64,000 nt of DNA from an uncultured Chlamydiae bacterium (GTDB taxonomy: Bacteria > Chlamydiota > Chlamydiia > Chlamydiales > 2-12-FULL-49-11), in assembly GCA_937996705.1 (NCBI GenBank), contig CALKUQ010000018.1:8400-72399 (forward strand), in the 5' to 3' direction. A model generated the notes under the pieces. It was not told where the DNA came from. It was given only the letters and a program-made list of their open reading frames with translations, and did not search any database. Shown here in pieces: positions 26,683 through 34,999 of this stretch. Position numbers and translations under genes: made by a program. Within the stretch, counting starts at the first letter, position 1. Every line of letters begins with the position of its first letter.

Positions 26683-29511
26683 ATGTCTTTTTTTGAACAA
26701 AAAGTGCGTTTTCTTCTTTGTGCTGCAACTTTAACTATTGGTATGCAGGCTCCATTAAATTTACAGGCTGCAAAAACTGCCTATTCCGTAGACGACAAAG
26801 AGGAGGCATTTCTTGTAAGAAGAATTGCTGAATTCTGGAAAGATCAGGACTACGCCATTGTAAAAGCCCAAATTATTTCCTTTTTAGAAAAGCATCCTAA
26901 AAGCAAAATTAATGACCACCTTAGGGGGATTTTAGGAGACTTATACCTTCAGGAAAATGCTTACGAGGATGCTCTCTCCCTATACAGCCAAATACACACT
27001 TCTCCAATTATCGAAAAAATTATTCTAAATAAGCTTCAGTGCTTTTACGAACTTAATTTATTTGATGCAATGATTCAACAAGGCACTCCATTCCTTTCAA
27101 AATCTGTTCCAGAAATTGATGCCAGAAAAGAAGAATTTCGATTTCTTATGGGTGAGGCATATTTTAGAGCGGGGCTTGCAAGTGAAAGTGCTGACAAAAA
27201 AGTTGAGCTATTTTCTAAAGCAGAACCTCTTTATGAGGAAATTTTAAGCTCATCATTCAATGATCCCTCTATGTTTGCCTTAGCTGAGATCTACTCTGCG
27301 AAGAATGAGAGTAAAAAAGCTGCAGATTTTTTTCTGCAACTAGCTGATCGTCATGCAGATAAAAGAGATGACCTCTTGTTTCATGCAGCTCTTTCCCAAT
27401 CTGTGCACGATAGACCTGGGGCGATTGCAACATTTGCTACAATCGCGAGTAAGGGTGGACCTAAAGCGACAGACGCATCACTGAATCACTTAATCCTTCT
27501 TTTCCAAGAGGATCGATTCGATGATGTGTTGAAGACCTATCCAAAAATGTTGAGCTCTATTCCCAATGATAAACTATCTGTTGTAACCTACATGATTGGA
27601 AGAAGCTATTTTGCTCTTGAAAACTACAAAGACTCCTCCGAATGGTTAAATAAATATATTCTAACGGCATCGGACCCCTCATTAGAACTCAGAAACGCCC
27701 TCTTAATGCAATTAAATTCTGCGCAAACACTAAAAAACGAGACTCTGTATCATGAGACTATGACTCTTTTACAGACTGTGTTTCCAAAAGATGCAGAGCT
27801 TCCACAAGCCTTTTTTGTTCACGCAATGATGTTAAAAGACAAAGGGGACTTTAAAGGTTCTGCTGAAAAGCTAAGAGAAATTTTACAAAACCACCCCAGC
27901 TTTGATAGTCCAGAATCCCTATTACTTGAGTATAGTATTGTCACACACAGCAATCAAGACTATGAAGAGTGTCACTCCACCTTAGCAACCTTTTTGAAGA
28001 AATATCCTGACAGCTCATTTGCTCCATCAGCCTGGAAGTATTTCCTATCAAGCGGAATCAATCTTCTTAAACAAAAAGAAGCTGGTGAAAATGTAGTCTA
28101 TTCAAAGCAGCAATTTTATGACGACCTTAAAAAAATTCTAGCTCAAAAAGGGGCTCTTAGCCCTAGTGAACTTCAAGAGTGTCTTTTTCTCCAAGGGAAA
28201 ATGGGTTATGAATTAGGCAAATACAATGAAGCTCTTGCCACCTTCCATGGGTATCTCTCATCGTATTCAGGAGATAAGACTTTGCCAGAGGCTCATTTAC
28301 TGACGGCACTTTGCCACAATAAATTAAAGGGAGATGGTAAACTTTTCTGTGAACACGCAGAGGCAGCTCTTAAAGGAAACCCCAATCTTACAGGCAAATC
28401 CTCAATTCACCTGGAACTCTATAACACCTATCTTTCCACAATCAACAAATCTCAACCTACAAATTCTCAGGTGTATGACCTTGCTGCAGAGCATTTATTC
28501 CAAGCGATGCAAGCAGGTGATGTTCCCGTAAAATTGGAAAACCGTCTCTGGCTTGCCAATTACTATTTCGATAAGTCTGTTTCTCTCCCAGAAATTTTTG
28601 AAGGGGATGGAGCTCTTCCAAGTCCAGAAATGGAGTCTGCTTACACACGATCTAGATCTCTTCTTCAAGCAATTCTAATCCAAGGAGAGGAGGGTAAACT
28701 TACTTCTCTAGATAAGGATCACACTTTCCTAGAGTGGGAAATTGTAAAACTTGCGAATCTAAATGGAAGAGAAAAGAAATACGACAAAAAAATTGAACTT
28801 TTGCGCGCTTTAATTGAAGAACAAACAGCACATCCTGAATGGAACTGGAAACTTCAAAAGGAGGCTCTAACAGAGCTTGCTAAAGCTTACGAGCTTACCT
28901 CTCAAAATGAAAATGCCTACGATACTTATAAATTTATTGTAGATAATTTTAGAAAAGATCCTTCGTTTGTTGCTGAATATGCAGCTCTCCAAACTGCGAG
29001 ATTGAAATTTGCAAATCTTAAACCTGATCAGAAAAAAGAGGATAATCCAGAAGTTCTTAAAATTTTAAGCGATCTTAAAGAGCTTCAAATTAGAAAGTCA
29101 GCAGCTTCTGAACCACTTCATCTTGAAGCTGCTTTAGAATACGCTTGGATCCGAGCTCAGGTTGCAAAAGAAGAAGATCGAGCTTTCCGCTACTTATTCT
29201 TTCTCACAAGAATTAAAGAGGACTTTAATGATAATGAAGATCCTATGATCACCACTTATCATAAAGCGCTAAAAGAAAATAGCGCGAAAGCAAAACTCTA
29301 TGCTGTTTATAATCAATTTTTAGAAGCAGAAATTGAGAGATGCAATGCGGTTTTTGCAAGTAAAGAGGGCAAATCTGCACAATCTTCACTTTGCAATGAT
29401 AAGGCAAGGCAAATCCTTTCGACTTTTGTAAAAGAGCCCGATTCTACATACTATTTAAGAATACGAGCTGAAGAAAGTCTAAGTGCATTAAAAAAAGCGA
29501 AAATTGTATAA
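26683..29511 (+). CDS. large secreted TPR-repeat protein
   Basis: Signal peptide (LLCAATLTIGMQAPLNLQAA) and many TPR-like A/Y/L helical pairs along 942 aa (for example LGDLYLQENAYEDALSLY and QGKMGYELGKYNEALATF). Confidence 0.7.
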   Translation: MSFFEQKVRFLLCAATLTIGMQAPLNLQAAKTAYSVDDKEEAFLVRRIAEFWKDQDYAIVKAQIISFLEKHPKSKINDHLRGILGDLYLQENAYEDALSLYSQIHTSPIIEKIILNKLQCFYELNLFDAMIQQGTPFLSKSVPEIDARKEEFRFLMGEAYFRAGLASESADKKVELFSKAEPLYEEILSSSFNDPSMFALAEIYSAKNESKKAADFFLQLADRHADKRDDLLFHAALSQSVHDRPGAIATFATIASKGGPKATDASLNHLILLFQEDRFDDVLKTYPKMLSSIPNDKLSVVTYMIGRSYFALENYKDSSEWLNKYILTASDPSLELRNALLMQLNSAQTLKNETLYHETMTLLQTVFPKDAELPQAFFVHAMMLKDKGDFKGSAEKLREILQNHPSFDSPESLLLEYSIVTHSNQDYEECHSTLATFLKKYPDSSFAPSAWKYFLSSGINLLKQKEAGENVVYSKQQFYDDLKKILAQKGALSPSELQECLFLQGKMGYELGKYNEALATFHGYLSSYSGDKTLPEAHLLTALCHNKLKGDGKLFCEHAEAALKGNPNLTGKSSIHLELYNTYLSTINKSQPTNSQVYDLAAEHLFQAMQAGDVPVKLENRLWLANYYFDKSVSLPEIFEGDGALPSPEMESAYTRSRSLLQAILIQGEEGKLTSLDKDHTFLEWEIVKLANLNGREKKYDKKIELLRALIEEQTAHPEWNWKLQKEALTELAKAYELTSQNENAYDTYKFIVDNFRKDPSFVAEYAALQTARLKFANLKPDQKKEDNPEVLKILSDLKELQIRKSAASEPLHLEAALEYAWIRAQVAKEEDRAFRYLFFLTRIKEDFNDNEDPMITTYHKALKENSAKAKLYAVYNQFLEAEIERCNAVFASKEGKSAQSSLCNDKARQILSTFVKEPDSTYYLRIRAEESLSALKKAKIV

Positions 29512-29536
29512 AACCCTAAAGAGCAGAGAAGGCTAA

Positions 29537-32500
29537 GTGATTTGTTTTAAGATAATTAAACATCCTGTTTTCTTGGCTATGGCGAGCCTTAGCCTCTCTG
29601 CTCTATACAGCTATTCGAGGACTCCTGAAGTAGAAGAGAAGGTCTTTTATTTCCCTTCGGTAATCCTAGCTCCTCCTGATCTCTCTCCTGAAAAAATAGA
29701 ACAAAAACTGACCCCTTTGAAATCTTTTTTGGAGTCGCAAAAAAGGGAATTTGCCTACATTACAAAAACCAATGATGTGATGTTTAATCTCCCTTTTGTC
29801 TCTTCATTTTATTACTACGTTCCCCTTTCTTTAGTAGATTCACTCAATTTAAACAACTCCTTGACAAAAGAGGAAACTCTCAACTTAAAAGCAGAAGATG
29901 TTTCCGATGATTCTCCGCTTGAAATAAGCTACGACTTGAATCACCTGAAAGTAAGTCCTTATTTCACAAATCCAAGATCGCAATTTTATCTAGAAAAAAT
30001 TATTTTTGATTATCAAAACAATGTAACTTCATACATTTCGCCTAAAGCTAGAACTTATACCCCCTCTTCTATAAATGTCTTCCTTCCTCAGATAAACCAA
30101 ATAAATGCTCCAAAGTTTTATGTTTTGCAAACAACGGTTTATGCAAGGCTTGAGAACGTTGATGAGAACCAATTAACCATTGCCTCTACTTTTGAACCCT
30201 CTCTCGTTTCTGAGAGGGTTCCAGCACAGGGAAGTTATATTTTCAAAATTGATCCTAAAACCTCATTGAATGTTACTTCTTCAACTCTTGTCTTTTTAAA
30301 AAAACAAACCACTTTTCACACAATTCTTACTTTCCCCTCTATCAAAAAATCGATATCACTATTTCAACCAAATCCGATTGAAAAAATTTCACGCACCCCT
30401 ATTTTAAATGAACTCCCTACATTCACTTACGAACCTAACTCGCTCTATTTAAAACCTGTTAACAATTGGAATCAGTGGAAAACGGGTTCAAATAAGGTTA
30501 GTTGCAAAGTGACCAACGATCTCTCTCCCCCTTTAACTTCTTTCCATTTAAAAAGCAGGAAGAGCTCTCTCTCAAAATCTCTCTCTCTAGACCTACCTTT
30601 TATTCCATTAAGTGTAAAAATATCCCATAGGAAATTTGAAAAAAACCTATCCCCTAGAAAAGAGAGCGATGAATTCGCTATGCACTCTCAAGCACTCCCA
30701 TTTGAATCAAAATTGGAGTTAGACAAAACAACCGCTACTAATTACCGTTTTGATATCACACCTTCTCCTTTAAAATTCAAAAACCACCCCCCCGTTATCT
30801 TAAAAAAAGCTATTCCCTACTCCCTTAGTGTAGAAATACCCAATCTCTCTCCACAATTTTCTAAATTGATCTCTCCTGAAGTTATGGCTCAAGCGCTCCC
30901 TTCCAAAAACTCTACGGAGCTCCCAAACATCGAATACGACGGTTTTTTTTTAGCTAAATTACAACTTTCTAAAAACAATACAGGGGTGCTGCAAGTATCA
31001 TTAACACCTCTCTCCTTTTCACTCATACCGAATGAGAGCGAGGAAAATAAAAAATCTCATATTCTTGCCACCCTTAATCAATGGAGTCCTAGGCAAAAAA
31101 AGCAAATTGATAATTTTTTCCTCCTAACAGAAAAACCCCAAACTTTTTTCTCCTCAAAGGAAGAGGTCTCTAACCCTTTATTTGAGAGCAATCACTCTCT
31201 CTCTTTATCATTAATCAATGGTCAAATTTTTTCTCAGAACCAATTTTATGTCACTGAATTTATTCCAGCGCTTGCAGGGGATGAACCCATTGAGCTCTCC
31301 GGAGCTAAATTAAATTTCAATAGTTTAAATAACTCAGTATTAACATCTCTAATTTCTAGAAAACGTCCCCTCTCCCCCTCTGAACTTAATAAAACCCCCT
31401 CCCTTTATAAAACAGTCCATCTTGCCCGTTTAGAAAAAATAAAAGTTAACGAATCTGATTATTTTAACCAAACTCTTTGCTCGATTTCCCTTCCAGAGAG
31501 CGCCTCTCATAAGGTTCACCCCTCTAAAAGTTCAAAAGCCCTCGAGTTTCTAGTATCCACTCCCTCGGGGAGAAGTGGAAGGAAGTTTCTTCCCAAAGAG
31601 GGCGTCTTTCCAAAAAAGGAATTTTTGCAAGCCGGACTAATTACAACAAGCACCGAAGTTCTCTCCTATCCCCCCTTTTCAATTCCCTATTCTAATGCAA
31701 TAGCAGATCTAGCAGAAAACTCAATTTCATACTTTGAGACCGAGATCCCCCCGGCTCTCGTTGATCTAATTCCGTTTGATACAAAATTTATGCCACCTAT
31801 CGAGTTCAAAGAACTTATGGTTGCTCTTTTAGAAATTAAAGCGGTTTCAGAGTTTTCATTTATTCGGGAAGAGGCAACCTCAATAAATCGAAGCAACCGC
31901 TTTTTAGTCCACAATTTATCAGAGCTACCCTCTCTAGAATTTTTACAAACCTACTCTTTAGGGGATGATTTTAAAGTAGACGTCCATGTTATTAAAAAAA
32001 TGGAAAAAGAGGGGTACGCATTTTCCCTCCAAGTTTCTCCTTACAACCATGATTGCTTAGATCCCCTTCCTGAACACATCTATTTCATACTTGACAGAAG
32101 CAGCTCTATCGAATCCCACCGATTTGCCTCGTTTAAGTCAAGTCTCATACAGGCACTCTCACAAATTGACGAGTCTGCCACATTCAACATCATCACTTTT
32201 GACCAAACGTGTGAAAAATTAAGTGCCGAAGATTTAAAACCGACAAAATCGGCTATTCAATTCATGCGGAAAAATTTGGATAAAGTATCACAAAAATGGA
32301 GCTCCTCCTTTTCTGCACTAATCTCTCAAATCGAAGCGATTCAAAAACAGGCAGAAGAGCTTGGAGAGCCCCATACAGTGATCATCCTCAGCAATGGCCA
32401 TTTTCTTAAAAACATCCGCTTCAATCGTGAATCCCTCTATAAAATCTTTCACAACCAAACAGATAATTTTTCCCTTTGCACCGCTGCTGTTAGCGACAAT

Positions 32501-32974
32501 AACAATATGGCAATGCTAGAACTCTTATCAAAACTTGGGAGAGGGGAATTTCTTCATTCACAAACGCATGCTGCCTTTCCAAGGAAACTTGCTGTACTTG
32601 TTAAAAAGATTCAAAAACCGATTGCCTCAGATATTTCAATCACCCTCACTGACCCCTCTCAAAAAATCAATTTTGCTCATAATACGAAAACTGCCCCCCT
32701 CTTTTACTCGGGTAAACCCTACACAATTTATGGCCAGGCTGAAAAACTCGAAGATCTCAGCTTTATTATCCAGGGAAAATCGGGAGATAAGTGGTTAAAT
32801 ATCGTTAAAAAAATCAATCTTTCAAAAGCTGCTAAAGGAAAGGCTATAGATAAAGAGCTATTTACTAAAGAAGCTCTCACTCACGTCCTCAATTTTATCT
32901 TCACAAATAAGCAATCTGAGCTTGTTTTAGCTAAAGATCTTATAACACCTTACGATGTAAAATGGTCTCTATAG
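29537..32974 (+). CDS. large protein with a low-complexity S/L/P/N/K-rich N-region and a C-terminal von Willebrand factor A domain
   Basis: GTG start gives a signal-like N-terminus (HPVFLAMASLSLSALYSYS). The vWA MIDAS motif is IYFILDRSSSIES, followed by FNIITFD and VIILSNGHF. The gene lies 25 nt downstream of the TPR gene. Confidence 0.7.
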   Translation: MICFKIIKHPVFLAMASLSLSALYSYSRTPEVEEKVFYFPSVILAPPDLSPEKIEQKLTPLKSFLESQKREFAYITKTNDVMFNLPFVSSFYYYVPLSLVDSLNLNNSLTKEETLNLKAEDVSDDSPLEISYDLNHLKVSPYFTNPRSQFYLEKIIFDYQNNVTSYISPKARTYTPSSINVFLPQINQINAPKFYVLQTTVYARLENVDENQLTIASTFEPSLVSERVPAQGSYIFKIDPKTSLNVTSSTLVFLKKQTTFHTILTFPSIKKSISLFQPNPIEKISRTPILNELPTFTYEPNSLYLKPVNNWNQWKTGSNKVSCKVTNDLSPPLTSFHLKSRKSSLSKSLSLDLPFIPLSVKISHRKFEKNLSPRKESDEFAMHSQALPFESKLELDKTTATNYRFDITPSPLKFKNHPPVILKKAIPYSLSVEIPNLSPQFSKLISPEVMAQALPSKNSTELPNIEYDGFFLAKLQLSKNNTGVLQVSLTPLSFSLIPNESEENKKSHILATLNQWSPRQKKQIDNFFLLTEKPQTFFSSKEEVSNPLFESNHSLSLSLINGQIFSQNQFYVTEFIPALAGDEPIELSGAKLNFNSLNNSVLTSLISRKRPLSPSELNKTPSLYKTVHLARLEKIKVNESDYFNQTLCSISLPESASHKVHPSKSSKALEFLVSTPSGRSGRKFLPKEGVFPKKEFLQAGLITTSTEVLSYPPFSIPYSNAIADLAENSISYFETEIPPALVDLIPFDTKFMPPIEFKELMVALLEIKAVSEFSFIREEATSINRSNRFLVHNLSELPSLEFLQTYSLGDDFKVDVHVIKKMEKEGYAFSLQVSPYNHDCLDPLPEHIYFILDRSSSIESHRFASFKSSLIQALSQIDESATFNIITFDQTCEKLSAEDLKPTKSAIQFMRKNLDKVSQKWSSSFSALISQIEAIQKQAEELGEPHTVIILSNGHFLKNIRFNRESLYKIFHNQTDNFSLCTAAVSDNNNMAMLELLSKLGRGEFLHSQTHAAFPRKLAVLVKKIQKPIASDISITLTDPSQKINFAHNTKTAPLFYSGKPYTIYGQAEKLEDLSFIIQGKSGDKWLNIVKKINLSKAAKGKAIDKELFTKEALTHVLNFIFTNKQSELVLAKDLITPYDVKWSL

Positions 32975-33017
32975 TTCCATAAAACTATTACAAAACTACA
33001 ATTTTTACTCTATACTC

Positions 33018-33251
33018 ATGAGAGTTGAAGGACCCAGATTTTGCAAAGATGTAATGCTTGATTGTGGGTATCGTGCTGATTTGGTCATTGAAGATCAAGT
33101 GATTGTTGAAATCAAATCTGTAGCAGGGATTTCACCAATTCCCGAAGCACAGATACTGTCCTATCTAAAGCTGTCTGATTGCAAAAAGGGTCTATTGATC
33201 AATTTGAGTGTGAACTTGCTTCGTGACGGGATACGTCGATTTAAGGTTTAA
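33018..33251 (+). pseudogene. 5'-truncated GxxExxY-family (PD-(D/E)xK-like) gene remnant
   Basis: The 77-aa ORF matches only the C-terminal two thirds of the family (YRADLVIEDQVIVEIKSV...AQILSYLKLSDCKKGLLINLSV). The N-terminal GxxExxY segment is absent and only 43 nt separate it from the upstream gene. Confidence 0.55.
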
Positions 33252-33561
33252 TTTCTTCCTCTGTGGGCTCTCTGCTCTCTAGCAAACATAGTTTGCGAGT
33301 GGTAAAAAATATTTAAAAACCGATTCTTCTTGTTTTTCGGTATAGATGCATTAATTATGGGATTTCTTTCGTTTCTACGAGATTCAGCTTCTAGTCTAGC
33401 TATAGACACAAAAGAATATCTTTAAATGCTTAAATACTTAACCTTAAATGAGTTAACAATATTTTTACTTCTGCACAAAGGTCATAATTAAAAAAATAAT
33501 TTACTAAGATTTTATTATATGTTATAATTAAGGAGTATATAAAATAACATTAGGTGTAATT

Positions 33562-34311
33562 ATGACGTCTAGTCCTGTTGGTAATGCCGCTTTAAGACTT
33601 TCTGCAACTGCTGGAGAAGGAGAGTTCCATGCTGCATGCGGACAGATGGAATATGCATTGAAAGAAAATATTTTAAAAATAGAGACCTTCATGCTAAAAA
33701 ATACTGATAGGGCCCTAAGCTCGTCTAGACTTAGCGGTTCGCCAGCCGTTCAGTCCCTAAGAAAGAAAATAGCTAAAAAAATTGATTTAGCGAAAGAAAG
33801 GGAGTCTACGTACCTTAAGCTAGAAAAAAAAGAGAAATTTAAGCGGGCACTGCTAAGTCTTGTAAGAAAAAAAGCGACACTTGTTGCAATTGCTGCCCAC
33901 ACCGCTTCTGCGGCACTTTCTTCTCCAGCTACTTCTGCAGAATTACCTACCGATCCAAGCTCAGGAAGAGGCGCTCCGGATATAGAGATGGTTGATAAAT
34001 TAAGCTCTGCAGAGAAATTTGTTAGAGCAATTTTCTCCCCTAAAGCAGAACATGGATCGCCAAAAGTAGAGGGCGCCCCCTTTGGTAGTGGACCAAGCTC
34101 GCTTTCTTTAAGAGGAAGCTCAGGTTCAATTTTTTCAGATCTAGCTCATGGCAAAGAGCCGTTGAAGCGCAGAGCCTTCTCTGAAATTCATAGTAGAGTG
34201 GAACGCGCTGTAGGCAAAGATGTTAAAGATGCCTTTGACGCTGGTGTAGAGCTTGTGGGAGCACATGCAAAAGGAGTTCAGAGTAGGATAGCAAGGAGCC
34301 TCCCTTTATAA
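33562..34311 (+). CDS. hypothetical S/A/G-rich, largely disordered protein (orphan, effector-like)
   Basis: 249-aa ORF with AGGTG 5 nt upstream of the ATG. A 310-bp very AT-rich leader region precedes it. The body is markedly more G+C-rich than that leader. No signal peptide and no TM. Confidence 0.55.
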   Translation: MTSSPVGNAALRLSATAGEGEFHAACGQMEYALKENILKIETFMLKNTDRALSSSRLSGSPAVQSLRKKIAKKIDLAKERESTYLKLEKKEKFKRALLSLVRKKATLVAIAAHTASAALSSPATSAELPTDPSSGRGAPDIEMVDKLSSAEKFVRAIFSPKAEHGSPKVEGAPFGSGPSSLSLRGSSGSIFSDLAHGKEPLKRRAFSEIHSRVERAVGKDVKDAFDAGVELVGAHAKGVQSRIARSLPL

Positions 34312-34411
34312 CTGTAATTACAATCTAGTAGCGAAAAACCCAGACCAAAATCACTCACTTTGATACAATTTTTGTAACACCAGTGATTTGAAGGGTAAAT
34401 GGGGAGATTGT

Positions 34412-34999
34412 ATGCTATTAAAAATTTTAGGGGGAAGTTTAAAAGGGAGAAATATAAAGACTCCTAATACCCCTTCTACAAGACCAATTACCTCTCTATT
34501 ACGCAAATCAATTTTTGATAGCCTCCAATTCTGTATTGAGGAGAGACGAATCCTTGATTTATTTGCAGGCAGCGGCGCTATCGGCCTCGAAGCTTTAAGT
34601 AGAGGGGCAAAATTCACCTGTTTTATTGATAACAATCCCTTAGCCATCCATTGTATAAGAGAAAATTTAGAAACTCTTGGACTTAAAACTAGTGCTTGGG
34701 TGATTCAAAAAGATGCATTTGAATATCTTGAAGAGTATGAGAGAGAAGCTTTTGATATTCTCTTTATCGACCCTCCTTATCCAATAGGAGAAGAGGGCTA
34801 CATAAAGCTACTTAATCTTCTTTCCACCTCAAAAACTCTCTCTAATGAGAGTAAAATTTTTCTAGAAGCCCCCTCTCAAATCGCAAAATCAATTGTTTCT
34901 ACTATAGAAAAATTTTTCTCAATAAAAAAGGAGCGCAAAACCTCTACTACGCTCCTCTATCAGTTAATGCTAAAATCAAATGAGGCTACCGCTAGTTAA
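34412..34999 (+). CDS. rsmD: 16S rRNA (guanine966-N2)-methyltransferase RsmD
   Basis: Start moved to the ATG at 34412 (GGGGAG SD upstream), giving the family-typical MLLKILGGSLKGR. Motifs LDLFAGSGAIGLEALSRGA and ILFIDPPY. Confidence 0.85.
   Translation: MLLKILGGSLKGRNIKTPNTPSTRPITSLLRKSIFDSLQFCIEERRILDLFAGSGAIGLEALSRGAKFTCFIDNNPLAIHCIRENLETLGLKTSAWVIQKDAFEYLEEYEREAFDILFIDPPYPIGEEGYIKLLNLLSTSKTLSNESKIFLEAPSQIAKSIVSTIEKFFSIKKERKTSTTLLYQLMLKSNEATAS

Noticed and set aside
34388-34411. ORF-track TTG start for rsmD (MKGKWGDC extension)
   Set aside because: The ATG at 34412 has a GGGGAG SD and yields the family-typical N-terminus MLLKILGG. The extension is probably not translated.
34351-34647. 98-aa minus-strand ORF overlapping the rsmD 5' region
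   Set aside because: It is antisense to a gene with clear RsmD motifs and has no independent support.
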